Positions 25,301-32,674 of a stretch of DNA of 45,599 nucleotides are shown in pieces (within the stretch, counting starts at the first letter, position 1; each line of letters begins with the position of its first letter). The position numbers were made by a program, and so were the translations under genes. A model generated the notes under the pieces. That model saw only the letters and a list, made by a program, of their open reading frames with translations. It searched no databases and had not been told where the DNA came from. Source of the DNA: a virus (lineage: Duplodnaviria; Heunggongvirae; Uroviricota; Caudoviricetes). The stretch is from the IMG/VR virus record IMGVR_UViG_3300020594_000001, positions 1 to 45,599 of that record. One strand, 5' to 3'.

Positions 25301-26372
25301 CGAAGAGACCGCCCGCTATGCTGTTGCCCAGCCCGCCAAGCGCTTTACCAGCGCGTAGTGCGCCGAATGCGACCACTAGACCCTTGATAAGGTCGATATG
25401 GTTCGCGATCGCTTTGGCAGACGCCGTCAGCCCGCGAGTCAGGCTTGCGAGTGCTTCGCCAAAGTCATTTGCCATCTTCTTGCCAGCGTTGCTGTCCAAA
25501 AAGATGGTCAGTTCTTTCATCTGGCTCTTGACCTCCTGGGCGAAGCCAGACTTTGCTGCATCATTGACCAGCAAGTCCCAGGTCGTCTTCAATCGCGCCT
25601 GCACCCCGCTCCAAGTCTGCATCATGGTCTTGGCTGCGCCTTCGTTCTCGAAGCGCATTACCACCGCCATACGCGAAATGGCTTCGCGGGACTCTACGAC
25701 GCCATCGGCAATCTTCTTTTGAAGCACCGCCATGGAGACGCCCACGCCCAGGGCCATGTTGCGCATCGCGGTGGGCACAGCTTCACCCAACTGCTGGCGA
25801 AGCTCTTCCATGGATATCACGCCCTTACCGCCCATCTGCTGGATAGCAACCGCAGCACGCTTGAGCGTTTCGGACGTGCCTCCAAAACGCGCGTTTGCGT
25901 CGACCAGAGCTTGAAGCGAGCCATTCAACGGGTCGATGCCACCCGTCTTGAATTTCACAAACGCGTCAGACAGAGACTCGATCGTGAACGGCGCATTCTT
26001 GGACATATTGACCAAGTAAGCGACGTTGTCGCCTGCTTCTTTGATACGATCAGCTGCGCCGGTCTGAGTGCTCAAGCCCTGCATGAGCACCTGCAGACGC
26101 TCGAACTTCCCGTAGGTGTTCATGACTGCGCCGGGCAGTCGTATGAAGAGGTCGGTAAGGTCGCCTACCGTGTAGCGCAGGGCGGCGACCGTAGTGGATA
26201 CATGGCGGAACGAACGGGCGGCGCGCGACAGCCCCGATTCGACATGGCGGGTCTGGGCAACCGTAGACACCAGCGACTTGTTCAGTTCGCGAAGTGTTTC
26301 GCCGCCACGCTTGAGGTTGACGGTAAAATTCTTGTCGTCACAGACTAGCTCAATGCCTAAAACTTCTTTCAT
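22380..26372 (-). CDS. Tape measure protein (1330 aa)
   Basis: Long Ala-rich helical ORF, tape-measure N-terminal domain (ISMEELRQQLGE), and C-terminal FAKGG...GE...EAYVPL. Confidence 0.93.
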   Translation of the reverse strand: MKEVLGIELVCDDKNFTVNLKRGGETLRELNKSLVSTVAQTRHVESGLSRAARSFRHVSTTVAALRYTVGDLTDLFIRLPGAVMNTYGKFERLQVLMQGLSTQTGAADRIKEAGDNVAYLVNMSKNAPFTIESLSDAFVKFKTGGIDPLNGSLQALVDANARFGGTSETLKRAAVAIQQMGGKGVISMEELRQQLGEAVPTAMRNMALGVGVSMAVLQKKIADGVVESREAISRMAVVMRFENEGAAKTMMQTWSGVQARLKTTWDLLVNDAAKSGFAQEVKSQMKELTIFLDSNAGKKMANDFGEALASLTRGLTASAKAIANHIDLIKGLVVAFGALRAGKALGGLGNSIAGGLFGVNLSGEQKSAEQLQQIRKNSLRNLISLKVQEEQQLRNFDVRRSQETARQNQEELVRTKAHLRAKLAERTAMARRAAEAEARYQFLSNTPRYGGAGARANDHSDPAFVARRSAENLNMQLRAMDSQIARAKRLAATQADLVKTTTQHAAAQQKLAGVTALTTARIAAQTAAMRVGGAALALVGGWVGAITLALSLGAMAWMKWGNSGKQAIKDVLSAAKSGIATSETVEQTRTLIDEKNDEIKRARIQLEVNKAARKQGYSASDDDANATIAQAEADIAELKKALSDSISQARVNDGAKAEARWQTLNQERVDEISGRYSASYNEVERKEQERLAELRLKNEKGTQEKITQVQAEAIAERRKLILDRDQELYESAKNATAEAEAERNKLIVAGANDEDLNQANAVLKAARASERERAENYRAAQEAMTTFQDLTGGKAPKKTPKTDAEKQADRIEAVLERVKNLREQIDEVGSGVFDTLLDPAAASLAGTEFEQLRKRILTLDQAMVKAGGTAGKVKEQTKDMVSSAALRDLAEMAIGLREATREIDLSLMGTDAERSQAQYDNEMKVMNAKFDALMKEVGDREDAAEKIKAIEDEKARYIVARTHQLARELETPLQSMTREWRDNFGTGVDNMVADWASESIDEIANFTETGKLEWRNMIASWLKDFNRIVLQKTLANSMDEWFGTAGTKIKEFLNSIGSGSSALGAASMQGVTAINPNSGLLSAGGQLLTHFNSLAPSLQTLNMAVGDLSKQGIAEMTKTTFKAALQSETNAMTERTASQAQTFALGSLTSATNAATAALTQLAAQSGGSSSSGLLGSLLSGGGGLAGLGSAGGASLGDSLGSMSNFIPTGPSFAFAKGGVMTSFGPVALRRYAKGGIASSPQLALYGEGSHNEAYVPLPDGRSIPVTMTGGGGVTPVSIEINVTQNSDGSSSTSTSASDQSSSWRIMAERVRAIVIDEVRNQRRYGGLVR

Positions 26373-26701
26373 TCTTTCCGCTTATGAACGTTGGCGATGT
26401 CCTTGAGTGCCGCGACTTTTGCGATACCTTCGTGATCCCGGTAAGCGCTTGCTATCGGGTCGACTTCGGTTGTTTTGCCAAGCTCAACAACCAGGTGGTC
26501 TCGATACTTCGCGACGCCCTCGCTCTGCGACGCAACTGCGACTTGCAGGGTGCGAAGGTTGTCTTCTGCGCGAATTCGGTTGATGTTTGAGTGCATGCGC
26601 CAGAACGTTCTGATGGGCAGGCTGAGCAGTTCGCGATAACTCAGCCCGCCGTAGAAGTGCAGAACCCGGTCAAAGAAGAAACCGAAGTCCATGGCGCTCA
26701 T
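26369..26701 (-). CDS. Tail assembly chaperone, second (T/GT) segment
   Basis: Precedes the tape measure gene; in the -1 frame relative to the upstream chaperone. Confidence 0.75.
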   Translation of the reverse strand: MSAMDFGFFFDRVLHFYGGLSYRELLSLPIRTFWRMHSNINRIRAEDNLRTLQVAVASQSEGVAKYRDHLVVELGKTTEVDPIASAYRDHEGIAKVAALKDIANVHKRKE

Positions 26702-26703
26702 GA

Positions 26704-27048
26704 CTACTTTTTTTCGCCCTTACCCCCGTCACCCTGTTCGGTGACCGCGTCGGGCATGTCGGAAAATTCGTCTTCACCGCTGATGAAGCGATAGATCACG
26801 CCAAGCTGCTTGAGCGTCATCGCGTATAGGGTTCCGCGATCCAGGGTCGGGACCGAACGCATGATTGCTGCAGCGGTCGCGGCGACTTGCTCAGCCACGT
26901 TCGCTTCTTCGCGTTCCAAACGATCTGCTTCGTTGGTTGCATCGATGAAGCTCTCCACGCTCAGTTCAAGAACCGGGTGGTCAACGCCTTTCATCTTGAT
27001 GGTGCGAGTAACCGAAGGGGTGATCGCATCGATGTTCAGAATCTTCAT
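26704..27048 (-). CDS. Tail assembly chaperone (G-like); start MKILNID
   Basis: AAGGA Shine-Dalgarno; position between the major tail and tape measure genes. Confidence 0.78.
   Translation of the reverse strand: MKILNIDAITPSVTRTIKMKGVDHPVLELSVESFIDATNEADRLEREEANVAEQVAATAAAIMRSVPTLDRGTLYAMTLKQLGVIYRFISGEDEFSDMPDAVTEQGDGGKGEKK
26707..26713 (-). other. Programmed -1 ribosomal frameshift site A AAA AAG
   Basis: GAA AAA AAG TAG at the end of the G-like ORF; a -1 slip reads AAA GTA GTC ATG in frame with 26701. Confidence 0.75.
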
Positions 27049-27065
27049 GTTGTTCCTTCTGGGCT

Positions 27066-27087
27066 GGGGCTCGACCAAGCGAGCCCC
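27066..27087. other. GC-rich hairpin between major tail and chaperone genes
   Basis: GGGGCTCG-ACCAAG-CGAGCCCC; no U-tract on the coding strand. Confidence 0.5.
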
Positions 27088-27096
27088 ATGTTTTAG

Positions 27097-27110
27097 AGTA
27101 AGCGCTTACT
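27097..27110. promoter_or_regulatory. Palindromic operator copy, perfect palindrome (AGTAAGCGCTTACT)
   Basis: Extends to a 16-bp palindrome at 27096-27111. Confidence 0.75.
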
Positions 27111-27120
27111 CCAACTTTGA

Positions 27121-27648
27121 TTACAAAGCTGCGGGGTCGCCGTAGCCAAACAGCGCGTCTTGGTTTGCGGGGTCGGGGTATGCTTTGAACTCGACGTTGA
27201 ACACACGCTCTTCGTCGACTCGATACGCAAAGCTCATTTGGCCTGCGGTCGCAGCGAGATAGATGGTGATGTCTTCGTCTTTGTTGGCAGTCGGCAGACC
27301 GATCGGGTGAAGAATCAGCTCTTTGGCAACGTCCAGCAGACTGGTGCCAACAGCGGTCTTGACATCAACGCGCTTGGGGTCTTCGTCAGTAGCGCCGCCA
27401 ATCAACGTAGCGCCGGGCATGATCGCGACGAGGTTTTCCAGGGTCGTTTCAGCCAGGGGCACAGTGACGGTTACCCGACGCCCCATGATGTATTCGTTGA
27501 TGGGAGTTTCGCCCGTCTGGTCGACGGTGACTTCGTGCGTGGTCGTTTCCACGGTCATTTCGACGCCACCTTTGGTAGCGCCCAGGTCTACGCCACCAAA
27601 GGAGACATTGCAGACCCCCAGCTTGACGTTTTCGGCGTTTACAGCCAT
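27121..27648 (-). CDS. Major tail (tube) protein; start MAVNAENV
   Basis: VKLGVC.VSFGG.DLGATKGGV, VDQTGETPI and ERVF.VEFKAY motifs; GGAG Shine-Dalgarno. Confidence 0.85.
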   Translation of the reverse strand: MAVNAENVKLGVCNVSFGGVDLGATKGGVEMTVETTTHEVTVDQTGETPINEYIMGRRVTVTVPLAETTLENLVAIMPGATLIGGATDEDPKRVDVKTAVGTSLLDVAKELILHPIGLPTANKDEDITIYLAATAGQMSFAYRVDEERVFNVEFKAYPDPANQDALFGYGDPAAL

Positions 27649-27673
27649 TTCAACTTCTCCTTGCAAGAATGTA

Positions 27674-27687
27674 AGTGAGTGCTCACT
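27674..27687. promoter_or_regulatory. Palindromic operator copy (AGTGAGTGCTCACT), followed on the minus strand by TACATT
   Basis: Consensus match upstream of the major tail gene. Confidence 0.7.
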
Positions 27688-27780
27688 GACACAGGTTATC
27701 AAGGGAAGCTCTTACATTTCAACGAATGCCAAGCCTATAATGTCGACCCAATATCGCGATGACACTATCCGGGGGAGAGA

Positions 27781-28143
27781 ATGAAAAGAATGCTAATCGC
27801 GGCTATTACCGCAACATATATGGCGGCGGGCCATGCGGAGATTTCCGCTGAAGAGATAAGACGATCTGAAAATTGCAGACTTGCTGCAGATTTAGCGGTG
27901 ACGATCGCTCAACAACGCGACCTCATGACGCAAGAGCAGGTTGTGGAATATTTAGCGACTTCGCCCAGCGTGATGATGCATGACGGAGGCAGCGGCGAAG
28001 CCAGAGTAGTAATTACTAAGCTGGTTCAAGCCGCATACCGCTATTCTCAAGACGGCTTCTTCAAGGGCTGGATAAAAGACATGACGAGCTTTAACTGTCA
28101 TAAGGAAAACTGGGACTTAACCCCTGTCTTTGGCCCGACTTAA
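27781..28143 (+). CDS. Moron: exported/periplasmic hypothetical protein on the opposite strand inside the tail operon
   Basis: Signal-peptide-like MKRMLIAAITATYMAAGHA, two Cys, TATAAT at 27736-27741 and a GGGGAGAG Shine-Dalgarno. Confidence 0.75.
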   Translation: MKRMLIAAITATYMAAGHAEISAEEIRRSENCRLAADLAVTIAQQRDLMTQEQVVEYLATSPSVMMHDGGSGEARVVITKLVQAAYRYSQDGFFKGWIKDMTSFNCHKENWDLTPVFGPT

Positions 28144-28532
28144 ACCACGTATACGATGTGAAAGTTCAGACTGAATTCAATGTTCGCGCCATCGCTGATG
28201 GGGTATGAAATTGGTTCAGTCAGCGCCCTGCACGACTTGATGAGTATCCCGCCCGCAACTCGGTGCTCGCCCGGAATATCCAGCGCTTGGATAATCGCAT
28301 TGGAAAGGTCTTTTGCTTTTTTGTAGTTGGACCGAATATCGCGCACCGCGATCTGAAAGCGGGAACGTCGCAGCCCCCTGATTTCGGGGTCGATTGTTGC
28401 GCCAGCGTAGCCCTCTTTAAACAACACCCCCGACTTCACATCGGCGGGCAGATCGTTGACAAACACCTTTCCCGCAAGCTCTGGCATGCGCTGCATCAGC
28501 AATTCGGTCAGTGACTCTTCACGGTCTTTCAC
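28140..28532 (-). CDS. Tail terminator/completion protein
   Basis: Position; IDPEI.GLRR.RFQIAVR and EFSLNF pattern. Confidence 0.7.
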   Translation of the reverse strand: MKDREESLTELLMQRMPELAGKVFVNDLPADVKSGVLFKEGYAGATIDPEIRGLRRSRFQIAVRDIRSNYKKAKDLSNAIIQALDIPGEHRVAGGILIKSCRALTEPISYPISDGANIEFSLNFHIVYVV

Positions 28533-29002
28533 AGCTTCCCACTCCTGATAGCGTTCTGAATCATTCGATGCACGCGCGACGCAATCTTGGGCTCGCGCTC
28601 CAGGTAAGCTCGTTCGAAGAACTTGCCGCCCACGTCCATTCCCGCAGAAGCTTTCGCGCGCGACTTAATGCCCAACTGATACGCGCCCGACCCATAAGGG
28701 GCCAGGCCCTCGTGCATCAGCATCATGTAGTCGCCCACCCTGCTGTCGTCACGGTCACCATCAGGATGGTCTGGGTCGACATATACAAGCAGGCGCACGC
28801 GACGGTTGATACCACCACGGTCTTCGTCTATCTTGATTGCGCCCTCAAGATCGCCCTTGTCCACGGGCGCGTTGTTTCGGGCCAGTTCTTGGATGATTCC
28901 TGACTCGTCCCGCATTACGTCAACAACGTGCTTGACGACCTTTGGGCCAAATTGGCTTAAACGAATACCCAGCCCAACGGGATTGCCAATGATTCGACTC
29001 AT
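28529..29002 (-). CDS. HK97 gp10-like neck/tail component
   Basis: ARNNAPVDKGDLE.AI and GGKFFERA motifs. Confidence 0.78.
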   Translation of the reverse strand: MSRIIGNPVGLGIRLSQFGPKVVKHVVDVMRDESGIIQELARNNAPVDKGDLEGAIKIDEDRGGINRRVRLLVYVDPDHPDGDRDDSRVGDYMMLMHEGLAPYGSGAYQLGIKSRAKASAGMDVGGKFFERAYLEREPKIASRVHRMIQNAIRSGKL

Positions 29003-29364
29003 TCAGCGTTCTCGATATCCGCTTCAATCTCGTTGTGATCGTGCGTCCCGAACGTGCTAAACCGGGGTCTGATCGCCACAACCTTCAGAGTGAACCCCGC
29101 TACACGCAGTCGATCAGACATGTTTATCTTTTCGTCCGGCGCAACCAGCAGCCATGCATCTGACAATACTTCTTGGGCATGGCCCCGAGTTGCGGAGCTA
29201 TCAGCGCGCACCGACGTGTCTTTCACCGACTGTCGCAGCTTCAGCACCGCGCAGCGTGTTCTGCGCTCCCGCGAATACATCGGTGTGCCGTAGATGTCAT
29301 TGCCCATTCGCTTTGACACATACAGCTTGATTGGCATGGGGAGAATCGATCGAACGCCGCGCAT
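28999..29364 (-). CDS. Head-tail adaptor/closure protein
   Basis: D.YG.P N-terminus and beta-rich 121-aa size; position. Confidence 0.68.
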   Translation of the reverse strand: MRGVRSILPMPIKLYVSKRMGNDIYGTPMYSRERRTRCAVLKLRQSVKDTSVRADSSATRGHAQEVLSDAWLLVAPDEKINMSDRLRVAGFTLKVVAIRPRFSTFGTHDHNEIEADIENAE

Positions 29365-30125
29365 TACACTCTCCGAATGCGAATCTTCTGGGGTGCTAGG
29401 TAGGGTTTGAGCTCGCTCGCAGCAGCTGGGCTGATGCCCATCGCTGCAATCGTGCGTTCGTCAGCAGCTTTCCAACTTTGGAAGAAATTCTTGGATTCGC
29501 CCACCGTGATCGACTGGATACCGCGTCTGCGGTAATCAAGCACTGGGTCGCCCCCACACACTTCGTTCGCTTCGACCACCTGGGCGCGTGCTAGAGCGTC
29601 CTTTACCTCTGCAGGCACAGAGGCCCAGTCAGCAAGGTCTAAGATAAGCCGCGTTTGCGGGTCGATGAAGCACAGACGCCCAATCATGCGTTTAGCAAAG
29701 AGCATTGCGCTGATGCGGGTGCTTTTGTCGACATCATTCCAGCCATTAAGTGCAGGAATGTCATACCCGATCATCACCGCGTCGCCATAGCTGGCAAAGC
29801 TATTGACTCCCGGCACAAGCACTGCATCAGCTTCGATAATGTATTCGACCGAACGGTAAAATACACCCGCGTCGGCCGCCAGCGTCAGGTCGATTAACCT
29901 GGCGGCGCGCACCACGCCCTCGTCAAGCAAGTTCAGCGAAGCAGGGATTTCTAGCACAAACCCATCATCGCCAAGACTGCCCTCGCTAACAGCGGTGAAT
30001 GCCAGAAGTTCATCACCAGACTGGGCGACGACGCGGTAATGAGCGCCCACTACGGGCTCGAACACGTTCAAGTCGTTGTAATTAACCGACAGCGTGACGG
30101 GTTGGCCCGCAGTGTAAGCGTTCAT
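29364..30125 (-). CDS. Head-tail connector protein
   Basis: VNSFASY segment, AQVVEA and IQSITVGE motifs; position after the capsid genes. Confidence 0.68.
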   Translation of the reverse strand: MNAYTAGQPVTLSVNYNDLNVFEPVVGAHYRVVAQSGDELLAFTAVSEGSLGDDGFVLEIPASLNLLDEGVVRAARLIDLTLAADAGVFYRSVEYIIEADAVLVPGVNSFASYGDAVMIGYDIPALNGWNDVDKSTRISAMLFAKRMIGRLCFIDPQTRLILDLADWASVPAEVKDALARAQVVEANEVCGGDPVLDYRRRGIQSITVGESKNFFQSWKAADERTIAAMGISPAAASELKPYLAPQKIRIRRV

Positions 30126-30126
30126 A

Positions 30127-30594
30127 CTATTCGCCCTGCTGTGCTTGAAGGATTTCGTCGATCAGCTTGGCGATGGAAGTGCCTTTGGCACCTATGGGGT
30201 CTCCGATCTTGCGCAGCCCTGCTATGCCATCTTTGTCAGCGACGGCCTCAAGGTCTTCACGCGTATATGTGGGCTTCGGTTCGCCACCGCCATTCCCACC
30301 TTGCGTGCCCTGGTCGCCTTCTTCACCATCACCACCCTGATTGTCGCCCTGCAACTCGGCCAGCGACTTGAGCTTTTCGGGCTGCAGCACGTTTGCGCAA
30401 TCCCAAACCGCGCGCTCCTGGGCGATGGCACCTATGTCTTCGCCAGTCTCTGCATCCACCACAGTCAGCAATGCAGATAGTGCGAAGGCTTCTTTGGCAG
30501 ACACGTCGCCCACGCTAACCGCATTCTCAAAGAACGTGACGCCCATCAGTCCCGTGAACGTCTCATAGCCCTTTTGGGTGATCTTGATCTTCAT
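30127..30594 (-). CDS. Virion-associated hypothetical protein with a small C-terminal helical domain
   Basis: Gly/acidic linker followed by YTREDLEAVADKDGIAGLR; AAGGGA Shine-Dalgarno. Confidence 0.7.
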   Translation of the reverse strand: MKIKITQKGYETFTGLMGVTFFENAVSVGDVSAKEAFALSALLTVVDAETGEDIGAIAQERAVWDCANVLQPEKLKSLAELQGDNQGGDGEEGDQGTQGGNGGGEPKPTYTREDLEAVADKDGIAGLRKIGDPIGAKGTSIAKLIDEILQAQQGE

Positions 30595-30611
30595 TTGTTT
30601 CTATCCCTTGA

Positions 30612-30644
30612 ATAAAAAGGGGTATGGCGCGAACCATACCCCTT
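30612..30644 (-). terminator. Rho-independent terminator after the major capsid gene
   Basis: 11-bp stem AAGGGGTATGG/CCATACCCCTT, then TTTATT on the minus strand. Confidence 0.8.
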
Positions 30645-30656
30645 GTCACACCGTAT

Positions 30657-30670
30657 AGTGAGTGCTTACT
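30657..30670. promoter_or_regulatory. Palindromic operator copy (AGTGAGTGCTTACT) between the capsid stop and the terminator
   Basis: Consensus match. Confidence 0.7.
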
Positions 30671-30676
30671 TACGTT

Positions 30677-31603
30677 TTAGACGTTAGTAATACCCTTCAG
30701 GCGAGCGACCGAGCGCGTGGACTTCAGCGCAAGACCGGCATACCACTTCACGCGGATGCGGGTAGCATCCTTGTTCTGGACGGTGCCGATGTTCTCGACA
30801 CGCAGACCAGCAGTATCGCCGCCATACAGACCGTGCAGGCCGTCTGCTTCGTTACAGCGCAGGGCATAGACCGAGCAAGTGTCGGCGTTGGTGCCTTGCG
30901 TTTCAGCGCCAGACATGAAGTCGTTGATGATGATGGGCACGCCGTTGTGCGACAGCATCGGGCGACCGAACGCTTCAACCATCAGGTCAGAAGCAGTGTT
31001 ACCGCCAGCGGCGCGCATCAGGGTGCGGAACGCACGGGCGGTGCCCTTGCGCATCATGAGAACATCAGCGCCATGGGGCACGGTGTCAAGCAGTTCGTCC
31101 AGCATGGACAGCGTGAGCGAAGCGCCATTCTCGCCGGCAGAAATGGTCTGCGCAGCGTTGGAGTCGGCGTTTTCGGTCAGGCGGGTCAGGCCGTCGAACT
31201 CTTTGGGGTTGGTGGTAGCGTTACCGTTCATCAGCGCGCGGTGATACTGGCGGGCCAGACGCTTGGCTTTCTGCGAAACCTGCACGGCCAGCTGGCTGGT
31301 CGTGTCGGACTCGGTCTCGTTCAGGAACTTGTCGACGTCCACGTCGCCAGCCAGAATCTTCAGTCGAGTCGTGACTTCTTTGAACTTCGCAGCACCTTCA
31401 ACGATTTCTTCGTTGGGGTCGATGAATTTGGGATCGTTGCCCTGCACGTCGTCAACCTCACGGTTGTAGACATACGCCTTCGAGTTCACGCGGGCGAAGG
31501 GCAGAATCGCGAACAGGTCGTCGCGGTCGATAACTTCTTCGATAAGGCCCGACAACAGGGTGTTGTTCGAGAGCTTATCAGCTTCTACTTTGAGCAAAGG
31601 CAT
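30677..31603 (-). CDS. Major capsid protein (HK97 fold)
   Basis: LAGDVDVDKFL, NPKEFDGL, LTLSMLDELLD and RVKWYAGLA motifs; follows scaffold and portal. Confidence 0.92.
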   Translation of the reverse strand: MPLLKVEADKLSNNTLLSGLIEEVIDRDDLFAILPFARVNSKAYVYNREVDDVQGNDPKFIDPNEEIVEGAAKFKEVTTRLKILAGDVDVDKFLNETESDTTSQLAVQVSQKAKRLARQYHRALMNGNATTNPKEFDGLTRLTENADSNAAQTISAGENGASLTLSMLDELLDTVPHGADVLMMRKGTARAFRTLMRAAGGNTASDLMVEAFGRPMLSHNGVPIIINDFMSGAETQGTNADTCSVYALRCNEADGLHGLYGGDTAGLRVENIGTVQNKDATRIRVKWYAGLALKSTRSVARLKGITNV

Positions 31604-31685
31604 AGATTACTCCTTGGAAATTGCTCGTTAATCGGTAAACCAATCAACTCACTCAATTCCCTTAGAGCAAGCTATACAGGACAAA

Positions 31686-31738
31686 ACTATACAACAAAAG
31701 TGCCGAAATTGCAAGTGAGCGCTCACTTGCAATCTCGG
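31686..31738 (-). promoter_or_regulatory. Capsid promoter (TTGCAA-17-TATAGT) with a 26-bp perfect palindrome (31708-31733) containing the operator
   Basis: -10 at 31686-31691, -35 at 31709-31714; palindrome ATTGCAAGTGAGCGCTCACTTGCAAT. Confidence 0.72.
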
Positions 31739-31758
31739 TCAATTTTTACTGCCGGAGG

Positions 31759-32628
31759 TTATGCTTTGAGCAAGTCGCCAAGACCCTTGGCAACCTTCTC
31801 AGAAGCGCTCAGTTCGACCTGGTGCTTGATGGGCTTGCTCGCGTTCTTGGCAGTGCTGCTGGATGCGCCCGTCTTCATTTTGGAGCGAAGAATCTCGTCG
31901 CGATCGGGGTCAGCCTCGACGATGGACTTCAGCGCTGCATCGAAGTCCAGCGGCTCGCCCGCGCTGTTGACTAGCATTGTGCGGTTAGCTTGCCCTGCGG
32001 GCTTGTCGTAGCCAACCACTGCGCCGTCAACAAACTCGAAGTGAGGACCATATACGACGCGTGCCTTGCGGGGCGTCATAGCGACCTCTTCGGGCAAATA
32101 CTTCGATTGCGAGAATGCAGCGCCCACGGTAAGCTCAGCAATCTGCGACTTGAGCTCAGACTTTTCTTTGCGCTCGTTTTCCAGCTGCTCGGTCAGCGTG
32201 CCCCGCTCTTTGTTAAAGCCCTCGACCATCTGGGATTTCAAGCGGTCCCACTCACCCTTTTCTTCGAGCTTGCGGGTTTCCGCGTCAGAGCGGTCTTGCA
32301 GGAGTTTGCGAACCTCTTCAGGATCGATGCCCTCGAAACGCTTTTCGAGCGCTTCCTTCTCTTCTTTCAGGCGGGCGTTTTCCTTCTTCTTCGCCATGAT
32401 GTCTTTCAGAAGCCTGGCTTCCTCGTCGGTGGGCGCTTTCTTTCCTTCGCCGCCACCATTGCCGTCGTCACCTTCGCCGCCCTTTTTTGCTTTAGCAGCG
32501 GCAGCAGCGGCTTCGTCAGCTGCAATTTGTTCCGGGGTGCGCCCTTCGCCACCGCCAGAGCCACCCTCGCCACCCCCTTCGGGAGCGCTCAAGCGGTGCA
32601 GTGCCATCAGTCGTTGGAATCGCGTCAT
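31759..32628 (-). CDS. Capsid scaffold protein
   Basis: Gly-rich N-terminus, long charged coiled coil, position between portal and capsid. Confidence 0.8.
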   Translation of the reverse strand: MTRFQRLMALHRLSAPEGGGEGGSGGGEGRTPEQIAADEAAAAAAKAKKGGEGDDGNGGGEGKKAPTDEEARLLKDIMAKKKENARLKEEKEALEKRFEGIDPEEVRKLLQDRSDAETRKLEEKGEWDRLKSQMVEGFNKERGTLTEQLENERKEKSELKSQIAELTVGAAFSQSKYLPEEVAMTPRKARVVYGPHFEFVDGAVVGYDKPAGQANRTMLVNSAGEPLDFDAALKSIVEADPDRDEILRSKMKTGASSSTAKNASKPIKHQVELSASEKVAKGLGDLLKA

Positions 32629-32674
32629 GTTATTTACCTTCCCCTTTCTCTTGGGTGGTTAAAGTTGATAATGA

